Shown: positions 1 to 9,556 of the stretch, piece by piece
Layout of the letters: each line of letters starts with the position of its first letter
How positions within the stretch are numbered: position 1 is the stretch's first letter
Source: Escherichia phage vB_EcoM_OE5505
Sequence record: NC_054926.1
DNA: 64,000 bases
Direction: 5' to 3' (one strand)
Program-made: the position numbers and the translations under genes
Notes under the pieces: model-generated
Database searches by the model: none
The model's input: the letters and a program-made list of their open reading frames with translations, nothing else
Told to the model about the DNA's origin: nothing

Positions 1-897
1 ATCGCTGAAGGTATGGCTACTTCTATCGCTGAACTTCAGGAAGGTTTCAACGGTTCTACCGATAACCCATGGAATGAAATGGGCTTCCGTATCGATAAAC
101 AAGTTATCGAAGCTAAATCTCGTCAGCTGAAAGCTGCTTACTCTATCGAATTAGCACAAGACCTCCGCGCTGTTCACGGTATGGATGCTGATGCTGAACT
201 GTCTGGTATTCTGGCTACCGAAATCATGTTGGAAATCAACCGTGAAGTTGTTGATTGGATTAACTACTCAGCTCAGGTTGGTAAATCTGGTATGACCCTG
301 ACTCCGGGTTCTAAAGCTGGTGTATTTGACTTCCAGGATCCGATTGATATTCGTGGTGCTCGCTGGGCGGGTGAATCCTTTAAAGCTCTGTTGTTCCAGA
401 TTGACAAAGAAGCAGTTGAAATTGCTCGTCAGACCGGTCGTGGTGAAGGTAACTTCATTATCGCTTCCCGTAACGTAGTTAACGTTCTGGCTTCAGTTGA
501 TACTGGCATTTCTTATGCTGCACAGGGTCTGGCTACCGGCTTTAACACTGATACTACCAAGTCAGTATTTGCTGGTGTTCTGGGTGGTAAATACCGTGTA
601 TATATCGACCAGTATGCTAAACAGGATTATTTCACCGTAGGTTATAAAGGTCCGAACGAAATGGATGCTGGTATTTACTATGCTCCATATGTAGCTCTGA
701 CTCCGCTGCGTGGTTCTGATCCGAAGAACTTCCAACCGGTAATGGGATTCAAAACTCGTTACGGTATCGGTATCAACCCATTTGCAGAATCCGCTGCTCA
801 GGCTCCGGCTTCTCGCATCCAGAGCGGTATGCCTTCTATTCTGAATAGCCTTGGTAAAAACGCTTACTTCCGCCGTGTATATGTTAAAGGTATCTAA
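1..897 (+). CDS. 23: Major capsid protein gp23, C-terminal part (5' end lies outside the window; frame open from position 1)
   Basis: Translation matches the T4 gp23 C-terminus as recalled; followed by a terminator hairpin. Confidence 0.9.
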   Translation: MAEGMATSIAELQEGFNGSTDNPWNEMGFRIDKQVIEAKSRQLKAAYSIELAQDLRAVHGMDADAELSGILATEIMLEINREVVDWINYSAQVGKSGMTLTPGSKAGVFDFQDPIDIRGARWAGESFKALLFQIDKEAVEIARQTGRGEGNFIIASRNVVNVLASVDTGISYAAQGLATGFNTDTTKSVFAGVLGGKYRVYIDQYAKQDYFTVGYKGPNEMDAGIYYAPYVALTPLRGSDPKNFQPVMGFKTRYGIGINPFAESAAQAPASRIQSGMPSILNSLGKNAYFRRVYVKGI

Positions 898-910
898 TCT
901 TTGACGATTT

Positions 911-940
911 AAGGGACCTTCGGGTCCCTTTAGTTGTTTT
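911..940 (+). terminator. Rho-independent terminator after gene 23
   Basis: AAGGGACC-TTCG-GGTCCCTT stem-loop followed by a T-rich run. Confidence 0.6.
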
Positions 941-945
941 TATGG

Positions 946-953
946 TATAAATA
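946..953 (+). promoter_or_regulatory. T4 late promoter for gene 24
   Basis: Exact TATAAATA about 27 bp upstream of the gene 24 ATG. Confidence 0.55.
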
Positions 954-980
954 AATCATATAAACTGAAAGGAAAGCGCA

Positions 981-2264
981 ATGGCTAAAATCAACGAACT
1001 TCTGCGCGAATCAACCACAACGAATAGCAACTCAATCGGTCGCCCAAATCTCGTTGCTTTGACTCGCGCTACCACTAAATTAATATATTCTGACATTGTA
1101 GCAACGCAAAGAACTAATCAACCTGTTGCTGCTTTTTATGGTATCAAATACCTTAACCCGGATAACGAATTTACATTTAAAACTGGTGCTACTTACGCCG
1201 GCGAAGCTGGGTATGTAGACCGAGAACAAATCACAGAATTAACAGAAGAGTCTAAATTAACTCTCAATAAAGGCGATTTATTCAAATATAATAACATCGT
1301 TTATAAAGTATTAGAAGATACACCATTTGCTGATATTGAAGAAAGCGATTTAGAATTAGCTCTTCAGATTGCAATTGTTCTTTTAAAGGTTCGTCTATTT
1401 TCTGATGCTGCAGTAACAAGCAAATTTGAAAACTCTGATAGCGAAATTGCGGATGCTAGATTCCAGATTAATAAATGGCAAACCGCAGTTAAATCTCGTA
1501 AACTTAAAACTGGCATCACAGTCGAATTAGCACAAGATTTAGAAGCAAATGGATTTGATGCTCCTAATTTCTTGGAAGATTTGCTTGCAACTGAAATGGC
1601 GGATGAAATCAATAAAGATATTCTACAGTCTTTGATTACAGTATCAAAACGCTATAAAGTTACAGGAATTACTGATACTGGATTCATTGATTTGAGTTAT
1701 GCATCTGCACCTGAAGCTGGTCGTTCATTATACCGAATGGTGTGTGAAATGGTTTCACATATCCAAAAAGAATCAACTTATACAGCAACGTTCTGTGTTG
1801 CTTCAGCTCGTGCCGCTGCGATTCTTGCTGCATCAGGTTGGTTAAAACATAAACCAGAAGATGACAAATATCTTTCACAAAATGCCTACGGGTTCTTAGC
1901 TAATGGTTTACCGCTTTATTGCGATACCAACAGTCCATTAGATTATGTAATCGTTGGTGTAGTAGAAAATATTGGTGAAAAAGAAATTGTTGGATCAATT
2001 TTCTATGCCCCGTATACAGAAGGTCTTGACTTAGATGACCCTGAACATGTAGGTGCATTTAAAGTTGTAGTTGATCCAGAAAGTTTGCAGCCATCTATCG
2101 GTTTATTAGTTAGATATGCTTTATCTGCAAATCCTTACACTGTAGCAAAAAATGAAAAAGAAGCAAGAGTAATTGATGGTGGAGACATGGATAAAATGGC
2201 GGGTCGTTCAGATTTGTCTGTTTTATTAGGTGTTAAGCTACCAAAAATTATCATTGATGAATAA
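981..2264 (+). CDS. 24: Capsid vertex protein gp24
   Basis: 427-aa ORF near-identical to T4 gp24 as recalled. Confidence 0.9.
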   Translation: MAKINELLRESTTTNSNSIGRPNLVALTRATTKLIYSDIVATQRTNQPVAAFYGIKYLNPDNEFTFKTGATYAGEAGYVDREQITELTEESKLTLNKGDLFKYNNIVYKVLEDTPFADIEESDLELALQIAIVLLKVRLFSDAAVTSKFENSDSEIADARFQINKWQTAVKSRKLKTGITVELAQDLEANGFDAPNFLEDLLATEMADEINKDILQSLITVSKRYKVTGITDTGFIDLSYASAPEAGRSLYRMVCEMVSHIQKESTYTATFCVASARAAAILAASGWLKHKPEDDKYLSQNAYGFLANGLPLYCDTNSPLDYVIVGVVENIGEKEIVGSIFYAPYTEGLDLDDPEHVGAFKVVVDPESLQPSIGLLVRYALSANPYTVAKNEKEARVIDGGDMDKMAGRSDLSVLLGVKLPKIIIDE

Positions 2265-2270
2265 AACAAA

Positions 2271-2296
2271 GGGACCGAAAGGTCCCCCTTTTTATT
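2271..2296. terminator. Bidirectional terminator between convergent genes 24 and rnlB
   Basis: GGGACC-GAAA-GGTCCC hairpin with T-run on one side and A-run on the other. Confidence 0.55.
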
Positions 2297-3300
2297 TAAC
2301 TTACCAATTCAATCCAAGCCGGACGAAGTACATCTTGTACCATTTTAACTAATTCCTTCTTAATCAAAGAAGGATTATCCGCTTGAGTTAGAGTAATACC
2401 TTCACGAGAAGTTTCTTCCAAAATATCTTGAACCGTTAGTCCCATCACCTTTCCAAAATCTTTTGGACCAATTTCACCAATTTTAGAAATAACGTTATTT
2501 ACTCGGTTCAGTGTAACGTAACAAGCTAAAATTCCAACCAATTTGTTATCAGCTTCTGACAACTCAACTTTAGCTTTAATAGGCTTATCAGACTTTTTCT
2601 TTTCACTAAATTTAGAGTTCTTGCATTTGATAGCTACGCGATTGCCATTAGGCATCCAAGAAGGATAACAAGGTTTCAATACATATCCTTCAGCGGTAAA
2701 TACTTCGCCTTTTACTTCAGCATTCCAAACGCATTTATTTGCATCAACTAATCCAGCATGGTCTACCGTAAAATTATAATCCTGGACGACAGAATCTAAA
2801 TCATTTGGCAATTTAATAAGTTCTTCAAATTTACCGCGACCTAAAAGTGGAGCCATTTTAAATTTAAATGTATTGCAGAATGATTCCATCATATAATCAT
2901 CGACATAAGTCACATCACCACTTTCTGTAGTAACAATAATGTCAAATACATAAAAATCTTTATCGCCATAATCGACATTCTTCTGAATGCCAGGTCCGGC
3001 GAATTCACCGAAGACTTGATAAGATACAACCGCTGAAGTTTCCATAATATCTTGTACTGCTTTAATGGAATCAGCGTAATTCTTCAAAATAATTTCATAC
3101 CCAAAGAAATCTTCAGCAGGAAGAATAGGACCAGTGCGTTTAGCACAAGTTACTTTATCACGCTCAATAATTAATGAGAAATTTGTGCCATGAATCTTTT
3201 CACGAGCTACCCATTCGCCACCAGTCAATCCTAAACTATAAAGTTTTTCAATGAATTTAGAATTGTAATGATTTTCAAGACTGCTATACTTTTTAAACAT
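2296..3300 (-). CDS. rnlB: RNA ligase 2 (Rnl2)
   Basis: 334-aa ORF matching T4 Rnl2 N-terminus ([16 protein letters not shown]...KIHGTNFS). Confidence 0.85.
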   Translation of the reverse strand: MFKKYSSLENHYNSKFIEKLYSLGLTGGEWVAREKIHGTNFSLIIERDKVTCAKRTGPILPAEDFFGYEIILKNYADSIKAVQDIMETSAVVSYQVFGEFAGPGIQKNVDYGDKDFYVFDIIVTTESGDVTYVDDYMMESFCNTFKFKMAPLLGRGKFEELIKLPNDLDSVVQDYNFTVDHAGLVDANKCVWNAEVKGEVFTAEGYVLKPCYPSWMPNGNRVAIKCKNSKFSEKKKSDKPIKAKVELSEADNKLVGILACYVTLNRVNNVISKIGEIGPKDFGKVMGLTVQDILEETSREGITLTQADNPSLIKKELVKMVQDVLRPAWIELVS

Positions 3301-3309
3301 AATTAATCC

Positions 3310-3588
3310 TCAAAATGTAATTTCTAACCAATCACCATCACGCTGATCACTATTGACTTTAAAGCTAAATCCTTCTTTTCTCAGCCAATCACCAATTTCT
3401 TCAGTAATCAATTTATCGCGAGCAGTACAATAATAACTAAAATATGTTTTACCTTGTTCAGCTGCTTTATTAGCAAGTTCCGAAAAATCTTTAATAAAAC
3501 ACTCTAGCTTAAACTGTTTACTTTTAAGTGCTTTTTCGCGTAATCGATTAGCAAAAGATTCATTTTCATAAAGATCATACTGTTCCAT
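3310..3588 (-). CDS. Hypothetical protein (position of T4 24.2)
   Basis: 92-aa ORF, tightly packed with neighbours. Confidence 0.55.
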   Translation of the reverse strand: MEQYDLYENESFANRLREKALKSKQFKLECFIKDFSELANKAAEQGKTYFSYYCTARDKLITEEIGDWLRKEGFSFKVNSDQRDGDWLEITF

Positions 3589-3591
3589 TTT

Positions 3592-3789
3592 TCACCTTTT
3601 ATTAATATGTCTTTTTCTATAGACAACTTTTTCTCGAGTTTCAAATTTATTCTTAGCAGTCATAGCTCGAGCCCATAATACAGCCACTTCTTTCGCCTGT
3701 AAGTTTAATTCACGAGCAATTTCAATGAATGACTTTCCAGACTCATGAAGAGTAAACACCACAACCTCAGTTCTCATAATCAATCTCAT
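3592..3789 (-). CDS. Small basic protein, possible helix-turn-helix (position of T4 24.3)
   Basis: 65-aa ORF with an HTH-like segment SFIEIARELNLQAKEVAVLWARA. Confidence 0.5.
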   Translation of the reverse strand: MRLIMRTEVVVFTLHESGKSFIEIARELNLQAKEVAVLWARAMTAKNKFETREKVVYRKRHINKR

Positions 3790-3856
3790 GTTATCGAGTT
3801 GATGCCATTATATACATCATTTTCTGAGTATGTTTTGTGTGCTTTCAAAATGAAGA

Positions 3857-3875
3857 AAGGGGCCGAAGCCCCTTA
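3857..3875 (-). terminator. Hairpin terminator downstream of hoc
   Basis: AAGGGGC-CGAA-GCCCCTT palindrome followed by a T-rich tract on the - strand. Confidence 0.5.
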
Positions 3876-3884
3876 TGATTATGA

Positions 3885-5021
3885 TTATGGATAGGTATAG
3901 ATGATACCAGTTTCTAAAGCAGTTTTATGAATGATGTATCCATTGCGTGATTCTTGAACATCAACTTCTGGATAGTCTTTCATCATCTTCTGAAGAGTGT
4001 AACGATGCAGGTAGTATTTACTGTCTGGATCTTCAGTTTTCCAATCTTTACCTTCTTCGGTCATTTTTTGGATTTCATCCATAACCCACCAACCGCACCA
4101 GATATAAGCTGAAGTACGATGTGGAAGAGGATGAACATAAGGCAATTCACCTTCTGGTTCCGGAGCAACTTTATCAGTTACCTGAACTTGGCCTGTTGCT
4201 TTAACTGTTTTACTATCATAGTCGGTTGCTGTAACGACAGCAGTAACTTCAATAGTTTGACTTCCAATAGATGAGGTGTCAATGGTGTATACGTTAGTTG
4301 ACCCTTCTACAGGAGAAGAATCTTTCTTCCATGAATAAGTAATTTATGCTGCTTCAGGTGCTCCAGTAACATTAGCCGTAAATGTAGCCGAAGCATCTTG
4401 CTGAACGTTAATAGAAGGAGGAGTCAATGTAACCTGTGGATTCATTGTCTTCTTATTAACTGTCAATGATACTTCATTAGAAGTAACTTCCTTTTCATTG
4501 TAATTTTCTGCAGTTACTTGCGCTACACATTTAATTCTTTTTACTCCACTTGTAGTTGGAGTATAGTTAAATGTAGAGTTAGTTTCTCCACCAATTTGAG
4601 AATCATCTACATACCACTTATATGTAGCAGACGCTCCATCAGGTTGAGAAGCTAAGGCAGCAGTAAATTGAACTGGAGTTCCGATTACTCCTTCCGAAGG
4701 ACTATCAGGAGTTACTGTTATTGTAGTAGTCTGTGTCTTATTTTGAACTGTGATAGTTGTCGTAGTTTCTGCTGTTTCAGGTTCAGCTTCAGATTCTGGA
4801 ACTGTATTTGTTGCAACCACCTTAATAGTCTTTTGACCTGCAGGTCCTTTTAGTACATAGCTAAAAGTTGCTTCAGCTCCATCCTGTGGAACATTATCTA
4901 CACTCCAAGCATAGGTAATAGTTCCACCTTCAGTTTGACCACTGGGTGCAGCAGTAAACTGCTTGGTTTCATCAATAACTCCTGTTGGGGTTTTAGGAGT
5001 TATATCAACTGTAAAAGTCAT
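3885..5021 (-). pseudogene. hoc: hoc (outer capsid Ig-like decoration protein) interrupted by one in-frame TAA at 4344-4346
   Basis: ORF 4344..5021 matches the Hoc N-terminal domains; the same frame runs with no further stop through 3885 and encodes the Hoc C-terminal capsid-binding region (…ELPYVHPLPHRTSAYIWCGWW…). Confidence 0.8.
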
Positions 5022-5030
5022 AAGTTATCC

Positions 5031-5711
5031 TTATTTTAATGTTACGAAAGAAGAATTGCGTGTTTCACGAATTAGAACTGATCCATCACGATTAATGTAG
5101 TAAATTAAGCTAAATAACGTTTGGTGCGCCGACGCGTGTTCAAAACTAGTTGGGTGAGATTTCCAATCCGGAGTTTCAGCAATCCATTGATAAATCCACC
5201 AAGGAACAGTACAGAATCCTGGATTTTTTCCAATCAGCTGAAGATTCGGACTAAAGTTTTCCGGAAGAGTAAATACAGACGGCTTTTCAAATTCAATAAT
5301 CTCAGCTACAGCCTGTTCGAATTTTTCTTCAACAAAAGGAGTATCTTCAATCAAAACATCAGTATTTTCAGGAATTTTATCCGTTTCTACTACTTCAATT
5401 TTAATGTCAGATTTAACCGGAGAATCAATCAGAAGTGCTGCCTCTGGATTGACTTCTTCATCGTCATATTTTAATCCGTCTGCGGCATCAGCAGCATCGA
5501 TTAAGTCTTTAATAGATAACCCATCAGTCTCTGGCATAGGTTCACTAGCGAGCTTCTGGAGGGCTTCTTCAATATCATTAACGATATTATCAAAAGATTT
5601 ATTCTTTTTGACCTTTATACCAAACTGTTCAGCATATTCAGCTAATTTAGCTTTAGCTTCTTTATTATCATCAAGAGCCTTCAGCTCTGCAATATAATCT
5701 TTATCTATCAT
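5031..5711 (-). CDS. inh: Acidic 226-aa protein at the T4 inh position (prohead protease inhibitor-like)
   Basis: Size and position between hoc and uvsW; assignment by synteny. Confidence 0.6.
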   Translation of the reverse strand: MIDKDYIAELKALDDNKEAKAKLAEYAEQFGIKVKKNKSFDNIVNDIEEALQKLASEPMPETDGLSIKDLIDAADAADGLKYDDEEVNPEAALLIDSPVKSDIKIEVVETDKIPENTDVLIEDTPFVEEKFEQAVAEIIEFEKPSVFTLPENFSPNLQLIGKNPGFCTVPWWIYQWIAETPDWKSHPTSFEHASAHQTLFSLIYYINRDGSVLIRETRNSSFVTLK

Positions 5712-5724
5712 AATATTTCCTCAG

Positions 5725-5732
5725 TATAAATA
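5725..5732 (+). promoter_or_regulatory. T4 late promoter upstream of uvsW
   Basis: TATAAATA about 30 bp upstream of the uvsW ATG. Confidence 0.5.
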
Positions 5733-5761
5733 TAGATATATTTATTACATGGTATTTAGAC

Positions 5762-7273
5762 ATGACTGACATTAAAGTACATTTTTATGATTTTAGTCAC
5801 GTGAGAATTGATTGTGAAGAAAGTACATTTCATGAACTCCGTGATTTCTTTAGCTTTGAAGCTGATGGGTATCGTTTTAATCCGAAGTACAAATATGGTC
5901 ACTGGGATGGACGAATTCGTCTTTTAGATTATAATCGCCTTCTTCCATTCGGTTTAGTCGGGCAAATTAAAAAGTTCTGTGATAACTTTGGCTATAAAGC
6001 CTGGATTGACCCGCAAATTAACGAAAAAGAAGAATTATCAAGAAAAGATTTTGATGAATGGCTTTCTAAATTAGAAATCTATTCAGGAAATAAAAGAATT
6101 GAACCGCATTGGTATCAAAAAGATGCAGTGTTCGAAGGATTAGTTAATCGTCGTAGAATTCTTAATCTTCCAACATCCGCAGGTAAATCTTTAATTCAAG
6201 CTTTGCTTGCTCGGTATTATTTGGAAAATTATGAAGGCAAAATTCTTATTATTGTTCCAACAACTGCTCTGACAACTCAGATGGCTGATGACTTTGTTGA
6301 CTATCGTTTATTCAGTCATGCAATGATAAAGAAAATCGGTGGTGGAGCATCAAAAGATGATAAATATAAAAATGATGCACCGGTCGTTGTTGGTACATGG
6401 CAAACTGTAGTAAAACAACCGAAAGAATGGTTCTCACAGTTTGGAATGATGATGAATGATGAATGTCATCTTGCTACAGGAAAAAGTATTTCATCTATCA
6501 TATCAGGTTTAAATAACTGCATGTTCAAATTCGGTTTGTCTGGTTCATTACGTGATGGCAAAGCCAATATCATGCAGTATGTTGGAATGTTCGGTGAAAT
6601 ATTTAAGCCAGTAACGACCTCTAAATTAATGGAAGATGGACAAGTAACTGAGTTAAAAATTAATAGTATTTTTCTTCGCTATCCCGATGAGTTCACTACT
6701 AAATTAAAGGGAAAAACTTACCAAGAAGAAATAAAAATTATTACTGGGCTTAGTAAAAGAAATAAATGGATCGCTAAATTAGCTATTAAGCTTGCACAAA
6801 AAGATGAAAACGCTTTTGTCATGTTTAAACACGTATCGCACGGTAAAGCTATTTTCGATTTAATTAAAAATGAATACGATAAAGTTTATTACGTATCAGG
6901 GGAAGTTGATACCGAAACCCGCAATATAATGAAAACCTTAGCTGAAAACGGTAAAGGAATAATTATAGTAGCTAGTTATGGTGTATTTTCTACTGGTATT
7001 TCAGTTAAAAATCTGCATCACGTTGTTTTAGCACACGGTGTTAAATCTAAAATTATTGTATTGCAAACAATAGGTCGCGTATTACGTAAACATGGTTCTA
7101 AAACAATCGCAACAGTCTGGGACCTCATAGATGATTGTGGTGTTAAGCCAAAATCTGCTAATACGAAAAAGAAATACGTTCATTTGAACTATCTTTTAAA
7201 ACACGGCATTGATCGTATTCAGCGCTACGCAGATGAAAAATTTAATTACGTAATGAAAACAGTTAATTTATAA
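5762..7273 (+). CDS. uvsW: UvsW DNA/RNA helicase
   Basis: 503-aa ORF matching T4 UvsW; helicase motifs (PTSAGKS Walker A, DECH box). Confidence 0.9.
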   Translation: MTDIKVHFYDFSHVRIDCEESTFHELRDFFSFEADGYRFNPKYKYGHWDGRIRLLDYNRLLPFGLVGQIKKFCDNFGYKAWIDPQINEKEELSRKDFDEWLSKLEIYSGNKRIEPHWYQKDAVFEGLVNRRRILNLPTSAGKSLIQALLARYYLENYEGKILIIVPTTALTTQMADDFVDYRLFSHAMIKKIGGGASKDDKYKNDAPVVVGTWQTVVKQPKEWFSQFGMMMNDECHLATGKSISSIISGLNNCMFKFGLSGSLRDGKANIMQYVGMFGEIFKPVTTSKLMEDGQVTELKINSIFLRYPDEFTTKLKGKTYQEEIKIITGLSKRNKWIAKLAIKLAQKDENAFVMFKHVSHGKAIFDLIKNEYDKVYYVSGEVDTETRNIMKTLAENGKGIIIVASYGVFSTGISVKNLHHVVLAHGVKSKIIVLQTIGRVLRKHGSKTIATVWDLIDDCGVKPKSANTKKKYVHLNYLLKHGIDRIQRYADEKFNYVMKTVNL

Positions 7274-7287
7274 GGGCTTCGGCCCTT
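7272..7287 (+). terminator. UUCG-tetraloop hairpin after uvsW
   Basis: AAGGGC-TTCG-GCCCTT immediately after the uvsW stop; no clear T-run, so it may be a stability or attenuation element. Confidence 0.35.
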
Positions 7288-7298
7288 TGGAGAAAAAG

Positions 7299-7529
7299 AT
7301 GTTACTAGAATTTAAACAATTTCTTTATGAAGCTTCTATTGATGAATTTATGGGTAAAATTGCCTCTTGTCAAACAATAGAAGGTCTAGAAGAACTTGAA
7401 GCTTATTATAAGAAAAGAGTTAAAGAAACTGAATTAAAAGATACTGATGACATCTCAGTCAGAGATGCTTTGGCAGGAAAAAGAGCTGAATTAGAAGATT
7501 CAGACGATGAAGTAGAAGAAAGCTTTTAA
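7299..7529 (+). CDS. Small acidic protein (position of T4 uvsW.1)
   Basis: Track ORF starts on TTG at 7287; ATG at 7299 is preceded by GGAGAAAAAG. Confidence 0.55.
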   Translation: MLLEFKQFLYEASIDEFMGKIASCQTIEGLEELEAYYKKRVKETELKDTDDISVRDALAGKRAELEDSDDEVEESF

Positions 7530-7584
7530 ATTAAAAAAGGCCCAACCAAAAAGGAAGGGCCAAAACTATAGACTAAAGGTCACA

Positions 7585-7752
7585 CTATAGCAAAAGTTGT
7601 GTTTCATTTAATTGTTCTTCCGAACTTTCTGAAACTGGTAGTTCTTTAATGTAATTATAACAAGGCCCAGGATGTACAGGACCTTTGTCTGTTTCAACAA
7701 CCAATGCAGAATCGATTGGAGTTTTACAGACAACGCAAATCTTATCTGACAT
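7585..7752 (-). CDS. 55-aa Cys-containing small protein (position of T4 uvsY.-1), not in the ORF track
   Basis: Manual translation MSDKICVVCKTPIDSALVVETDKGPVHPGPCYNY…; CxxC plus a third Cys; TATAAATA-like late promoter upstream on the - strand. Confidence 0.45.
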   Translation of the reverse strand: MSDKICVVCKTPIDSALVVETDKGPVHPGPCYNYIKELPVSESSEEQLNETQLLL

Positions 7753-7780
7753 GATTGTCTCCTCTAAATTATATATCTAT

Positions 7781-8005
7781 TTATATAACTCTCATATGCA
7801 TATCAATGCCCATATCTTTAGAATAAAAATATTCATCAAGATATCCGGCAAATTTTCCTTTAATATAAAGAACATCTTCACCGCACGGGTGGTCGGCCAG
7901 GATACGAATATCCTGACGCTTAAGATTATGCTTTTTCATTAAGAATTGAATTTCCGTTTCGAATTCTTCTTCATAATTAAAAGCATCATCAATGCTATAT
8001 TTCAT
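7781..8005 (-). CDS. Hypothetical protein (position of T4 uvsY.-2)
   Basis: 74-aa ORF ending 1 nt from the uvsY stop region. Confidence 0.55.
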   Translation of the reverse strand: MKYSIDDAFNYEEEFETEIQFLMKKHNLKRQDIRILADHPCGEDVLYIKGKFAGYLDEYFYSKDMGIDMHMRVI

Positions 8006-8418
8006 TATTTTCCAGCCTCAAATGCTCGCATGTCTTGAATATGCTTAATAGCAAATCCGCGTGATTTAATAGCATCAAGAGCTCCGCTACAGAAATCCAA
8101 TAAAATTCCCCAATATTGCAATGAAGTATCAACTTTTAAAACATCCTTATCAGCTGATAGAACTGTCTTCATTTCTGATTTCTCATAACGGTCCATACTA
8201 AATTCATCACCATCTCCTCGTCCCGAGTAGTAGTCTAATTTAGCTTTAAGAGCAACTTTTTTCTGTGCTTCAATTCTAAGCATTTCCTTTTTAATACTTG
8301 AATGCTTATTAAGCCATTTACTATATAACATCACATTATTAGCTGCTTCATACTGTAATTTAGTCGAATCTATAAACACATCTTTCTTCAATTCTTCTTG
8401 AAGATCTTCTAATCTCAT
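8005..8418 (-). CDS. uvsY: UvsY recombination mediator
   Basis: 137-aa ORF matching T4 UvsY. Confidence 0.9.
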   Translation of the reverse strand: MRLEDLQEELKKDVFIDSTKLQYEAANNVMLYSKWLNKHSSIKKEMLRIEAQKKVALKAKLDYYSGRGDGDEFSMDRYEKSEMKTVLSADKDVLKVDTSLQYWGILLDFCSGALDAIKSRGFAIKHIQDMRAFEAGK

Positions 8419-8458
8419 ATTGTTCTCTATTCAATTGTTATTGGATGGACTTAGATTC

Positions 8459-8486
8459 ATTATACCACGTTTATACGTGAAGCATT
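8459..8486 (-). promoter_or_regulatory. MotA-dependent middle promoter for uvsY
   Basis: MotA-box-like AATGCTTCA about 20 bp upstream of a TATAAT -10, both on the - strand. Confidence 0.4.
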
Positions 8487-8880
8487 ATACTCTGTTACTG
8501 GAAGCCAGTTGTAGTTTTATCTGCTCAATATCATCAGGGTTATCGATGACTGAAAAGCGTATTTCTACTATCAGAGTATAATCATCATAAACCGGTATTA
8601 CATTAACTGCTAATTTATCAATACGTGGCTCGTAGTTTCTTACTGCGCTTTCAATGTTACGCTCAACGGTATCAGCAGTAAGAGGAGTCATATTCTCAAA
8701 AAGCTGATCAGATAAATCGCATCCAAATTCAGGGTCAAACGGTCTTGAACCTTTTCTTGTTGTAATAATTCCTAAAAGACTATTTTTAATTGACCTTAAT
8801 CCAAGTGATCTTGAAACGTCTTTGTTCCAATCCATTTTCATCTCTGGGTCAATATCAGAATAAAGCTTATTAATTGCCAT
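8485..8880 (-). CDS. 25: Baseplate wedge protein gp25
   Basis: 131-aa ORF matching T4 gp25; start overlaps the gp26 stop (TAATG). Confidence 0.9.
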   Translation of the reverse strand: MAINKLYSDIDPEMKMDWNKDVSRSLGLRSIKNSLLGIITTRKGSRPFDPEFGCDLSDQLFENMTPLTADTVERNIESAVRNYEPRIDKLAVNVIPVYDDYTLIVEIRFSVIDNPDDIEQIKLQLASSNRV

Positions 8881-9506
8881 TACAATAGCTCAAAGAATTC
8901 TTTGAGTCCTCTTATTACATGAGCGTGAGTTTTTCCACACTCTGGACATTTAATTGGAACAGCCAAATAAACAGTAGGCTTTAAAAGCATATCTTTTATA
9001 GCTACAATATCTGACTCTGTGATGATAGAATATAAATCTTCTAGTTCCTTTTCATTTAAGTCTTCAACTGGAATGCTTTCCCCGTTAGCATGAATCGTTT
9101 CTATACATGATACTATCATGTGGGCTATATTTTTATCATCAAAAATTTTAGGGTATCGGAATTTAATTTTAATGTCACCCAGTGTATACCAAAGGTCTTC
9201 TGGTGCATCTATTTGTGTATGTAATAGATTTATATGGGTTGGTATTTCAGTTCCGCAGGTGCACTTCCAGGAGTTTTCGTGATTAACTTCTCCAAGAGAA
9301 TGCGCCCATAAATGAATCAACAATAGTTCTGATTCTTGGCGATTTAAATCTTTTGCATTTGTGCAGTCTTTGATTAGCTTTTTAACAATTACTTCTACAG
9401 AACCATTATTTTTGGCAGTAATAAGTTCTAGATATTCTTTAAGAGTAAATGCGCGACAGTTGATTATTTTAGAACCAACTCTCACATCAAATTTGTATTC
9501 ATACAT
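8880..9506 (-). CDS. 26: Baseplate hub protein gp26
   Basis: 208-aa ORF at the conserved position divergent from gene 51. Confidence 0.8.
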   Translation of the reverse strand: MYEYKFDVRVGSKIINCRAFTLKEYLELITAKNNGSVEVIVKKLIKDCTNAKDLNRQESELLLIHLWAHSLGEVNHENSWKCTCGTEIPTHINLLHTQIDAPEDLWYTLGDIKIKFRYPKIFDDKNIAHMIVSCIETIHANGESIPVEDLNEKELEDLYSIITESDIVAIKDMLLKPTVYLAVPIKCPECGKTHAHVIRGLKEFFELL

Positions 9507-9527
9507 ATTTAGCTCCTTTATTTATCA

Positions 9528-9539
9528 TATTTATAAATA
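9528..9539. promoter_or_regulatory. Palindromic divergent late promoters for genes 26 (-) and 51 (+)
   Basis: TATTTATAAATA is its own reverse complement and carries TATAAATA on both strands. Confidence 0.5.
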
Positions 9540-9556
9540 GAATAAAAGGAGCATCT

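Noticed and set aside
1364-1878. Antisense ORFs within gene 24 (1364..1612, 1684..1878)
   Set aside because: Fully contained in the strongly supported gp24 gene on the opposite strand, with no promoter or ribosome-binding context.
4146-4343. Apparent intergenic gap between two hoc-like ORFs (4344..5021 and 3885..4145)
   Set aside because: The gap is in frame with both ORFs and codes for Hoc sequence. The ORF-track split is caused by a single TAA and by the track restarting at a TTG, so this is one interrupted gene, not two genes with a spacer.
5121-5697. Plus-strand ORFs 5121..5474 and 5404..5697 opposite inh
   Set aside because: Low-complexity translations overlapping a better-supported - strand gene; the only promoter in the region is placed for uvsW.
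7287-7298. TTG-initiated 5' extension of the uvsW.1 ORF
   Set aside because: The ATG at 7299 with an upstream GGAG ribosome-binding site is a better start; the extension runs through the uvsW terminator hairpin.
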